Shown piece by piece: positions 1-10,694 of a stretch of 64,000 nucleotides of DNA. Both the position numbers and the translations under genes were made by a program. Position 1 is the stretch's first letter; every line of letters begins with the position of its first letter. Under the pieces are notes generated by a model. It did not search any database. It was not told the DNA's origin and saw only the letters and a list, made by a program, of their open reading frames with translations. The DNA is from Eledone cirrhosa (lineage: Eukaryota), in the NCBI GenBank assembly GCA_964016885.1, contig OZ024742.1, forward strand, positions 79,050,001-79,114,000. Direction: 5' to 3'.

Positions 1-149
1 ATTATTAACGTCATGCTTTCTAGCATAGTTACGTCCCTTTACGGTCATCATCATCATCATCATCAGGTTTAGCGTCCGTGTTCCACGCTTGCATGGGTTT
101 GGACGGGGGTTTTCCCACTTGAGGCAAGAGTGGTTGTCTTGCTCGCATA

Positions 150-380
150 GGACTGTCTGGCGGGTTTTCTACAGTTGGATGCCCTTCCTAACACCAACCA
201 CATTTACAGTGTGGGGCTGGGAGGTTTTTACCGTGTTGCCTACACGGCCACGTTACAGCGTGGACTGTCTGGCGGGTTTTCTACAGCTGGATGCCCTTCC
301 TAACACCAACCACATTTACAGTGTGGGGCTGGGAGGTTTTTACCGTGTTGCCTACACGGCCACATTACAGCGTGGACTGT
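150..380. repeat. 112-bp tandem duplication in the RTE 3' UTR
   Basis: GGACTGT recurs at 150, 262 and 374 and the two units are nearly identical. Copies 2 and 3 have a single unit. Confidence 0.92.
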
Positions 381-549
381 GTGTTTTTTTGTCGTGACAC
401 CTACACGATCTCATTTGTTTCGGCCTGGATGTTGTGGGACCAACATAACTTTACATTGAAAGGGGCGGTGTGGATGGGGTGGAGGTGGTGGGACGGGGGT
501 GTGTTTTGATAGAGGTGCCTACTGACTGTAGTAGGTTTTTACTTTGTAT

Positions 550-1178
550 TTAGGTAAGGCGGGTCTTCTCTATTACTGAGTACCGCCAAAGGTCTCGGTC
601 CAGTGACATTGTCTTGGAGAGGTGTAAACGTGTGAGGTCGGAATTTATCAGCTCGTCCCATGTTTTTCTGGGTCTGCCTACTCCGTGGCTACCGTCTATC
701 TTTATTGCCCTGCACTTTGTTATACAGCTGTCGTCTTTCATGCGCATCACGTGACCGTACCAACGTAGCCTTCTCTCGAGTAAACAACATCTGATCCCTC
801 TTATTTCTAATTTTTTCCTTAGTTCGTTTATGCTTTGCCGTTCACGTATATTACTATTGCACATCCAGTGGAGCATGCAAGCTTCGTTCCTCTCTAGTCT
901 GCGTATATCCTCTGCACACAATGCCCAGGTCTCACTGCGATGCAGCATTGCTGTTAGTATGCAGGCATCGTATAACCTGCCTTTCATTTTTAGGGAGAAC
1001 CCTCTAGCGGCTAATAGTGGTACAAGCTCTCTTAACTTTTTCCATCCAGTTCTGACTCTAGCTACTGTACTTTCAGAGCACCCTCCCCCACTGCTGATTT
1101 TGTCACCCAGGTAACGGAAGCTGTCCACTATTTCTATAGAACCCTCTGCGCAGTTGAAGGAGCTAGTATTTTGTGGGC
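550..1178 (-). pseudogene. Truncated RTE ORF, RT domain 7 and thumb region
   Basis: ORF 550..1128 is near-identical to the C-terminal half of ORF 57003..58145. Confidence 0.9.
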
Positions 1179-1579
1179 GAGTTCAAATCCCGCCGAGATT
1201 AACTTTGCCTTTCATCCTTACGGGGGTCGATAAAATAAAGTACCAGTAATGTACTGGGTAATTTGCTGGCCTTGTGCCAAAAGTAGAAACAATTATTAAA
1301 ACAGACAGTGGGTGGTTGGTTGGTAAAAAAAAGCATTAAAAAAAATGCTTTGTGACATTTAGTCAGCCTTTTTACATTCTGAGTTCATATATATATCCTC
1401 CAAATCCTACTTTGATGACCTGGATATATTTTAGTGTTATCTGGCAACATTCAAGCTGAAATGCACGTAGATCTTAATAAAAATAATTTAAAGTATCAAC
1501 TTTGATTGCCAATTGATTTAAATTATATATATATGCACATATGCTTATATATATACACATATATGTGTGTGTGTGTAAT

Positions 1580-2110
1580 AATATGATACATGAACAGCAA
1601 AGCATACAAGAACTGAGAGAGAAACTGGATGTAAGAGGAATCAGATGCAGTATGCAGGAGAGGAGAATGCACTGGCATGTGGTATGGACATGTGATGTGT
1701 ATGATGGACGACAGCTGTATAAAAAGGTGTAAGTGTCAGGAAAATAAGCGCCCAGTCCACACTGTAAAGTGGCTGTGCAGGGTTACAACAAAAATTGCCC
1801 TGCCCAAGCTGTAATGTAGCCATATAGTTATCACAACAAAAAGCACCCAGCCTACACTGTAAAGTAGTCATGTAGGTTACATGACAAAAGTGCCCAACCC
1901 ATGCTGTAAAGTGGTCATGTAGGTGTCATGACAAAACGCATCCAGCACACACTGTAAGTGTGGTTGGTGTTAGGAAGGGCATCCAGCCATAGAAACCAAG
2001 CCAAAAACAGTCCTATATGAGTAAGTCATGCTCATCAGACCTATCTTGTCTTGTAATGGGGCAACCCGTATAACCCAGGCTGGCATGAAAAATGGACATT
2101 TGACAATGAT

Positions 2111-2113
<3 letters not shown>
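1580..2113 (+). mobile_element. Old RTE 3' fragment with a ~47-bp tandem array in the 3' UTR
   Basis: Translation HEQQSIQELREKLDVRGIRCSMQERRMHW. About 5 degenerate units (aaaaagcacccag..cactgtaaagtgg..gtagg) at 1741-1960. Ends with the RTE terminus ggacattttgacaatgatga. Confidence 0.85.
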
Positions 2114-2141
<28 letters not shown>

Positions 2142-2147
<6 letters not shown>

Positions 2148-2324
2148 ATGTCCCAAAAATGTATACACACTTTGATTACCTGTACAAGCAATATTTATTA
2201 GAATGCTGTATATATATATATATAGGATGTCCCAAAAATGTATACACACTTTGATTACTTGTACAAGCAATATTTATTAGAATGCTGTTGAAGTGTGTAT
2301 ACTTTTGTTTTGGAACACTCTGTA
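2142..2324. mobile_element. Tc1/mariner-type MITE (2221-2324) with a partial tandem copy upstream
   Basis: Left end tataggatgtcccaaaaatgtatacacactt; inverted right end aagtgtgtatactttt..tttggaacactctgta; TA flanks. 2142-2208 repeats 2221-2287. Confidence 0.65.
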
Positions 2325-2379
2325 TTTATATATATTTGAAAATTTCAGGTTTTAAGCTATGTACTCATTGCAGTTGTGT

Positions 2380-2738
2380 GCTGTTGAAGGCAATGTTAGG
2401 TAAGCAAGAAAATTACATGAAATAGAATAAAATAGAAATAAAGTAAAATAAAATATAATCAGATAAAAATTGTTTAAAGCGCTTTAACACTTTGTTTGTT
2501 TAGGTAGGTGGCAGAGTGGATGACAAGGAATTTGGGAAGATGTATGTGAAGATGGAAATATACATAGTGGTTCAATTGCATTAATGAGGGAAGTGGAAAG
2601 GGAGAAATAAGATAAAATAAGATAGAATGAAATAAATTAAGTGGAATATAAACAGTCATGTATCTTTAAATTGAGAGCCTTGTTGCTGTTTTAGTAGAAG
2701 TTAGTTGGGAGTGCTTTCCGATTTAAAATCCTTTGTGT

Positions 2739-2801
<63 letters not shown>

Positions 2802-3016
2802 TGTTTCTATTTAGTGACATGGCAAATCTATTACCAATAGCAGTAGGAGTAAATGTGTTTCCATGAGTCCAGATTATTCTGATGATTTAAAGAAGGTTTC
2901 TGGTTCCTAATGAAAGGTGCTTCCACACTTTGATAGTTCACTGCATCAGTGTGTTCTGTACATTTTTTTTTTTCTGATAAATCCTCCATATACTCCATTA
3001 TATTGGAGTACTGCAC
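2380..3016 (-). mobile_element. Degenerate Penelope-like element 3' remnant (GIY-YIG C-terminus)
   Basis: Minus-strand translation QSVEAPFIRNQKPSLN resembles the PLE terminal motif E-x2-I-x4-P-x-LN. Boundaries are approximate. Confidence 0.5.
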
Positions 3017-3265
3017 TCAGGAGTTTTTTTTTTTTTTTTTTTGTGGCAGTGTTCACTTCATTTAATTCTATTCTTTTCTTCCCAAATTGCTACTCATACA
3101 TACCTGCCTCTTACTTAATCAAACTGCAAAACATATCGTTTTAACTAAGTTTTATCTTATTTCTACTTTATTTCACTTTATCTTCTTTCCATGCTGACCT
3201 AGCATTGCTTTTAACAGCACACAACTGCAATGATTACAAAACTTAAAAACTACACACACAAATTT

Positions 3266-4240
3266 ATATACATACACATATATATATACATACATATATA
3301 CACACACATATATATATATATAAACGCATATATTTATAAACACACACATATATATATATATATATACATACATATATTTATAAACATATATACATACATA
3401 TATATATAAACATACATACATACATATATATATAAACATATATACATTCATATATATATAAACATATATACATACATACATATATATGGTGGCTGCCAAC
3501 TCGTTTTCGAGTACGGCCACTACTTTATATCCATGTAGGAGAACCCCTACTGAAGCGCTGAACGAGTGTGACTTTTTACTCCAGCCAGCGACTTGAAAAC
3601 TCTAGTACAAACACTACACTTGTGACAATTATTGACACATAGTGCTGGGCCCATGGTACCATGTGAGGACAAGTGCAGAGAGATCTCCAGATATAAAGCA
3701 ATGCCTGTGCCGTGAAGCTTTTATAGTGAGCAAAGGCACTGCACAAAGCCAGTCCCACTCTCTTAACCAAGATGATATTTACCAAAAAGAAGAACAAGTC
3801 AACATCATTGGATACCATCAGGGTTGCAGGTGTTATATCAGAGTTTTCCTTCTCCTAGAATTCTGCCTATATATATATATATATAAACATATATACATAC
3901 GTACATATATATGTATAAACATATATACATACATACATATATATATATAAAAACATATATACATACATACATATATATATAAACATATATACATACGTAC
4001 ATATATATATATATAAACATATATACATACATACATATATATATATATAAACATATATACATACATACATATATATATATATATAAACATATATACATAC
4101 ATACATATATATATATAAACATATATACATACATACATATATATACATACATATACATACATACACATAGATATATATATATACATACATACACATATAT
4201 ATATATACATATACATACATACATATATATATAGACAAAG

Positions 4241-4280
<40 letters not shown>
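3266..4280. repeat. Compound TA/TACA microsatellite with a ~30-bp higher-order unit, interrupted at 3488-3867
   Basis: Repeating atatatatataaacatatatacatacatac. Confidence 0.9.
3488..3867 (-). mobile_element. Truncated copy of the ~600-bp non-autonomous element at 31600-32207
   Basis: Near-identical to 31600-31980; both copies are embedded in (TA)n. Confidence 0.85.
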
Positions 4281-4935
<655 letters not shown>

Positions 4936-4936
<1 letters not shown>

Positions 4937-6337
4937 TCATCATCATCATCATCATCAGCGTTTAACGTCCGTGTTCCACGCTTGCATGGGTTTGGACGGG
5001 GGTAGTCCCACTTGAGGCAAGAGTGATTGTCTTGCTCGCATAGGACTGTCTGGCAGGTTTTCTACAGTTGGATGCCCTTCCTAACACCAACCACATTTAC
5101 AGTGTGGGTCTGGGAGGTTTTTACCGTGTTGCCTACACGGCCACATTACAGCGTGGACTGTGTGTTTTTTTGTCGTGACACCTACACGATCTCATTTGTT
5201 TCGGCCTCGATGGCGCGGCACCAACATAACTTTACATAGAACGGGGTGGTGTGGATCGGGTGGGGGGGGTGGGACGGGGTGTATTTGTTAGAGATGCCTA
5301 CTGGCTGGAGTAGGTTTTACTATATATTTAGGTAAGGCGGGTCTTCTCTGTTACTGAGTACCGCCAAAGGTCTCGGTCCAGTGACATTGTCTTGGAGAGG
5401 TGTAAGTGTGTGATGTCGGAGTTTATCAGCTCGTCCCAGGTTTTTCTAGGTCTGCCTATTCCGTGACTACCGTCTATCTTTATTGCCCTGCACTTTGTTA
5501 TACAGCTATCGACTTTCATGCGCATCACGTGTCCATACCAACGTAGCCTTCTCTCGAGTAAACAACATCTGATCCCTCTTATCTCTAATTTATTCCTTAG
5601 TTCGTTTATGCTTTGCCGTTCACGTATATTACTGTTACACATCCAGCGGAGCATGCAAGCTTCGTTCCTCTCTAGTCTGCGTATATCCTCTGCACACAAT
5701 GCCCAGGTCTCACTGCCATGCAGCATTGCTGTTCGTATGCAGGCATCGTACAACCTGCCTTTCATTTTTAGTGAGAACCCTTTAGCAGCTAATAGTGGTA
5801 TAAGCTCTCTGAACTTTTTCCAACCAGTTCTGACTCTAGCTACAGTACTTTCAGAGCACCCTCCCCCACTGCTGATTTTATCGCCCAGGTAACGGAAGCT
5901 GTCCACTATTTCTATAGAACCCTCTGCGCAATTGAAAGAGCTAGTAGTTTGTGGGCACTTGCTGCTACTTATTGCACCAGAGCACCGGCCACATGTAAAA
6001 TCTATGTTCTTAGTTAGCCTACCTGTGATCCCACTACATCTTTTATGCACCCATACTTTGCATTTAGGACATAAAATGGAGTTTCTACCTACGCCTTTCC
6101 TACACACCGAGCACGACCATTTCCCAGAAGGGACCGCCGCCTTGTTTTCTTTCCTACAAACTAGTACTTTGGTCTTAGCCAGGTTAATTTTAAGTCCTTT
6201 TGACTCTAGGCCGTGCTTCCATGTTTGGAATTTCTTCTCTAGCTCGGCCATTGATTCCGCTATGAGTGTCAGGTCGTCTGCGTATAGGAGTTCCCATGGG
6301 CAGCCTGTCTTGAACTCCTCTGTTATGGCCTGAAGGG

Positions 6338-6344
<7 letters not shown>
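4936..6344 (-). mobile_element. RTE-clade LINE copy 2, 5'-truncated, young
   Basis: Intact frame from IIALQAITEEFKTGCPWELLYADDL to the stop at 5328, followed by the 3' UTR and (ATG)n tail. Flanked by (TA)n. Confidence 0.95.
5328..6344 (-). CDS. Partial RTE reverse transcriptase (YADD) with internal PHD-type finger
   Basis: Motifs YADDL, GLKINLAKTKVL, C4HC3 insert, FRYLG, GRPRKTW. The ORF-track N-terminus is read-through of the microsatellite. Confidence 0.9.
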
Positions 6345-6382
<38 letters not shown>

Positions 6383-6388
<6 letters not shown>

Positions 6389-7031
6389 GAGGTAAATATC
6401 TCACTGAGTACTAAGTACACATTGAGATATATAGGGCGTCTATAATATATTTGTTGTTCTATGGTACTAATTAGAGATACCAGAACTATAAAAATTGATG
6501 AGTAGAACAAACAAACATTAAACAATCCTTTAAATAAATTAAAAAATAATTTAAATATCTACCTGTTCATAATGTTATTACCGGCAGTTTCCATCCACAA
6601 AAGATTGGAAATTCAGAGAATTTCCAACGGAAAGTAGATTTCATCAGATTGCTATTTCCTTTCTATAGGACATATGTCCCATGGTCCGCAAATATAATGC
6701 TAACTACCAGCTCGTATGAGTTATAGCCGTTAAAGTGACCCATATGTGACCTGGCCACTAGAGTAAGCGGGAATATTACAGACTTGTTGATGGCTTGGCT
6801 GCTAAAAAAATAGCAGTAAGCAACAACGAATTTTTTCTCTACATAGGGGACATATGTCCTATAGAAAGGAAATAGCTATCTGATGAAATCTACTTTCCGT
6901 TGGAAATTCTCTGAATTTCCAATCTTTTGTGGATGGAAACTGCCGGTAATAGCATTATGAACAGGTAGATATTTAAATTATTTTTTAATTCATTTAAAGG
7001 ATTGTTTAATGTTTGTTTGTTCTGCTCATCA

Positions 7032-7040
<9 letters not shown>
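6383..7040. mobile_element. Probable Penelope-like terminal remnant forming a long inverted repeat
   Basis: Arms 6487-6680 and 6847-7040 (~194 bp, few mismatches) with a 166-bp spacer. Each arm has a hammerhead core. (TA)n flanks. Confidence 0.75.
6875..6953 (+). ncRNA. Type I hammerhead ribozyme, minimal stem III variant
   Basis: GCUAU-CUGAUGA-A-AUCUAC..(UUGGAAAUUC/GAAUUUCCAA)..GUGGAU-G-GAAA-C-ugccg-G-UA^AUAGC. The mirror copy at about 6574-6652 on the minus strand has a broken stem I. Confidence 0.7.
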
Positions 7041-7062
<22 letters not shown>

Positions 7063-7116
7063 AACATATAAACATATATATATAAATACACATATAAATG
7101 CATATACATAAATATA

Positions 7117-8122
7117 TCATCATCATAATCGTTTTAACATCCATTTTTCCTTGCTCGCATGGGTTCAACCAGGGTTTCTTTGCCATCTCCTCTGTGAGTC
7201 TCAGCAATTTGAGGTCAACTCTTACCACCTCTGCCCAGGTCTTTCTTGGTTTACCTCTACTCTGACTTCCTTCCACTGGCATTTCCTAGCACTTCTTCAC
7301 CCATCAATCGTCATCCATGCACATCACATGTTCATACCAACGCTGTCATCTCTCCTGCACACCTTCTCGGATTCCTCTAAAACCCAGCTTCATCTTTAGT
7401 TCATCAAAGCTCTGCCTTTCTCTCACATTTATATTGCACATCTAACGAAGCATAGCTGTTTAATTTCTCTCCAGTCTACACCTATATTCTGCAGTCACTG
7501 CCCATGTTTCACTACCATGCAGCATCACAATTTGCACACATATATAATACAGTCATCCTTTTGTACATAGGGAGAAACATTTTGTGGTCAACAGTGCGAG
7601 TAGATCTCTAAACTTCCTCCATCCTATCCTTATTCTAGCTATTAAGCTCTCAAAGCATACTCTTCCATTGCTAATTAAGTCACATAGATAGTAGAACCTA
7701 TCAACCACGTCTATGGCCCTTTCGAGTGTTTTGAAGGGGGTTTATATCAATGGCGCTCTTCCTCTTGATTACCCCTGTGTGTCTTCTACATACAGAATCT
7801 TCCTTTGTTGTTCGTCTACCCATTATCCCACAGCATCTCTTGTGCACCCAAAATTTATATTGTGTACACTGTACACTGTATGGAATTTATACCTACTCCT
7901 TTTCTACATATGGAGAAGGTATACTTCTTACCTACTCACGAGCACTTTAGTTTTGGCTAAGTTTATTCTCAGACCCTTTGATTCCAAATTCTGTTTCCAT
8001 CACCAGAACATATTTTTTAGTTCTTTTATGGATTTGGCTATAAGAACCATATCATATGCAGAGAGAAGTTCCCATGGACAGCCAGTTTTAAACTCCTTTG
8101 TTATGGCCTGGAAAACTATGAT
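7117..8122 (-). mobile_element. Older degenerate RTE copy with a short 3' UTR
   Basis: Minus strand retains FQAITKEFKTGCPWELLSAYDMV, CRKGVGINSIQC, WVHKRC and RGKPRKTW, with stops and frameshifts. (CAT)n tail at 7117. Confidence 0.9.
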
Positions 8123-8259
8123 ATATATTTATAAACATATATAAATCATCACCATCATTTTAATGTCCATCTTCCATGCTAGCATGGGTAAGACAATAAA
8201 TATATATATATATATAATATACACACACACAAACACACACACACACACACATGTATGTA

Positions 8260-8291
<32 letters not shown>

Positions 8292-8837
8292 AAAAGGGAA
8301 AGAGCCACTCATGAAATTGGCACAAGGAAACATCATTTCCATTGTTCTGCTATACTGATACTATCATAACTTACAATTTGTAATATAGTATTTTGCTCAA
8401 AAACAAATTTGCTAGCCAGTCCAGGACAAACTCCATACTTTTTAAACACTAGGCCACATGGCTATATATATAATATAACCATCCAACCCATGCTAGCGTA
8501 GAAGATGGACGTTAAACGATGATGATATATATATATAACTCATGTTAGTGTGGAAAATGGACGTTAAATGATGATATATACATTATAAAAAAAATATGTA
8601 TGTATATATACATACATATACTGACGGCTGAGCTATTTTGATGTCAAATTACAAAACAGCAAGAGCTTAGCAGAAGCACCCTGACTCTATGCTATATTTA
8701 CACCCTACTCTCCAAAGTATTGAGTACTCTACTGAATTATGGTCTTATTACTTTAAAGTGGTATAATCCTGATCTCTCTCTCTCTCTCTTTATATATATA
8801 TATATGTATATAATAATTATAACGAGCCAGACTATAT

Positions 8838-9621
8838 ACTCTTCGGTATGTTTTTTTCCGATTTTTTTCCGGTTTTTTTCTTTCTTTTTTCCCTTCTGCT
8901 ATATTTTTTTCTCTCTCTCAATTTTTCCCCAATAACTTCCTTTAGTTATTGACGCAATGAAGCTAGACATCTTGTCTTTAAAGCGTAGAAATGTCCACGA
9001 TCTCCAGAAGACAACCAATGAAGGAAAACTATCCCCCGTTCGTGCTTTTCTCTTATTTATAAATACACTTTATCCAGCAACAACACAGCCCCTGTTCCTT
9101 CACAAAATTTTATTTAATTTTTGCTGGGACCTGTTCTCTCTTTCTCCCTATCTATTTTGTTGCTATCAACTCTTCCCCTCTCTTTCTTTCTCTCCCTTTC
9201 TCCCTCTCACTTTTACTCTCCCTCTCTCTGCTAGCTACCCCGCTACTTCCACTGTTTCTCTCCCCTCTGCCTCTTGTTTATCTACTCTTGCAGAGGTGAG
9301 ACGTGTTTTTTTTTTTTGCACTCTGTTTCCCCGTCTACACAACCTCGGTCTTAAGTCCAGTAACTGATGTTGACAGCCTTCCTTTCTCTTCCGTGCTACT
9401 ACACGTGCTTCTCGTGTTTCTCTCTTCGGTATGGTTTTTTCCAATTTTTTTCTTTCTTCTTTCCTTTCTGTTATATATTTTTCTCTCTCTCAATTTTCCC
9501 CCAATAACTTCCTTTAATTATTGACGCACTGGAGTTAGACATTTATCTTTAATGCGTAGAAATGTCCATGATTTCCAGAAGACAACTGATGAAGGGAAAC
9601 TACCCCCATTCATGCTTTCAT

Positions 9622-9625
<4 letters not shown>
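8838..9625. repeat. Element with ~210-bp direct repeats (about 8838-9050 and 9422-9625), possibly a PLE pseudo-LTR tandem
   Basis: ctcttcggtatg...ccaataacttcctt...gcgtagaaatgtcca...ccagaagacaac occurs twice. The second copy has CTGATGA but no GAAA half. Confidence 0.6.
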
Positions 9626-9656
<31 letters not shown>

Positions 9657-9657
9657 T

Positions 9658-9697
<40 letters not shown>

Positions 9698-9890
9698 TAC
9701 AACCGTGTGATTTTGAGGTGTATTTATTGCGTAATTCTGGCAGAGCAAATGAAATAGTGAGTGAATAAAATACATTCTCATTCAAACAAATATACACATG
9801 CATACAGTGAAACAAATATACAATAATGCTATGAAACCTTTTATACTACCAACAAGAGCAGAAACAGCAAAAATCCAATACCATTAAAGA

Positions 9891-10123
9891 TAGTAGTAGT
9901 AGTAGTAGTAGTAGTATAATAGTAGTAGTGGTGGTTTGGTTTCAGTAGTAGTGGTGGTGGTGGTAGTAGTAGTGGTGGTGGTGGTGGTGGTTGCAGTAGT
10001 CGTAGTGGTGGTGGTGCTAATAGTAGTAGTAGTAGTAGTGGTAGTGGTGGTGGTGGTGGTGGTGGTGGTAGTAGTAGTAGTAGTAGTGGTGGTGGTGGTT
10101 GCAGTAGTAGTAGTAGTAGTGGT
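9891..10123. repeat. (GTA)n/(GTG)n trinucleotide microsatellite
   Basis: Directly visible in the sequence. Confidence 0.97.
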
Positions 10124-10456
10124 TTACTTTGATGTTCTGAAGACTTCCCATTAGTGCTAGAAATAATAGGGAAAATTGTGTAAGAGGTTTGAGATGAAAG
10201 TCTTACAAATAATAGACTGTGATAATGACCAACCAGTGAAGGTCAAAGAAAATTACAACAAAGGGAATTTGGAAGACAGAAGAAAAAAGAAAATACTTGC
10301 TTAAGGTGAGGTTGTGGAAACACTTACGCTATTTCTGCATTTGCACATAATCACGTATACATTGCCTATCTTTTTCATTTTAAAGTCATATTGCTTTATG
10401 TTCATACACATATACATCCATACACCATATATATATATATATATATAATATATACA

Positions 10457-10489
<33 letters not shown>

Positions 10490-10617
10490 TATGTATATAT
10501 ACACACAGATGCTTACATATGCAATTATATCCATAGGGAAACCCATTTACAATGGCAAAGTTGTATGTATTCCAAAAGGTATTTGAATAGCATTTACACA
10601 TTCACACACACATATAT

Positions 10618-10694
<77 letters not shown>

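Larger units (their letters stand above)
45..1178 (-). mobile_element. RTE-clade LINE copy 1, 5'-truncated: RT C-terminus, 3' UTR and (ATG)n tail
   Basis: Translation gives DSFRYLG...GRLYDAC...ETW...RRLRWYGHVMR...GRPRKTW, typical RTE C-terminal motifs. (CAT)n lies at 46-66. Colinear with copies 2 and 3. Confidence 0.93.
9..1298 (+). mobile_element. SINE family A copy, 5'-truncated and split by an RTE insertion (pieces 9-46 and 1179-1298)
   Basis: 9-46 (catgctttctagcatagttacgtccctttacggtc) and 1179-1298 (gagttcaaatcccgccgag...gtagaaacaattatta) are contiguous in the intact copy at 25371-25562. ATTATTAA occurs at 1-8 and again at the 3' end, a probable TSD. Confidence 0.85.

Noticed and set aside
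1170-1190. Apparent head-to-head RTE/SINE fusion
   Set aside because: Explained by the RTE inserting into a pre-existing SINE whose 5' part is at 9-46.
1741-1960. CRISPR-like periodic array
   Set aside because: Whole units are homologous, there are no unique spacers or cas genes, and it lies in a LINE 3' UTR of a eukaryote.
5518-6333. Antisense ORFs over the RTE (also 830-1114 and 57140-57955)
   Set aside because: Shadow frames of the RT; they recur only because the copies are near-identical.
9936-10154. Poly-valine ORF
   Set aside because: It is a (GTA/GTG)n microsatellite.
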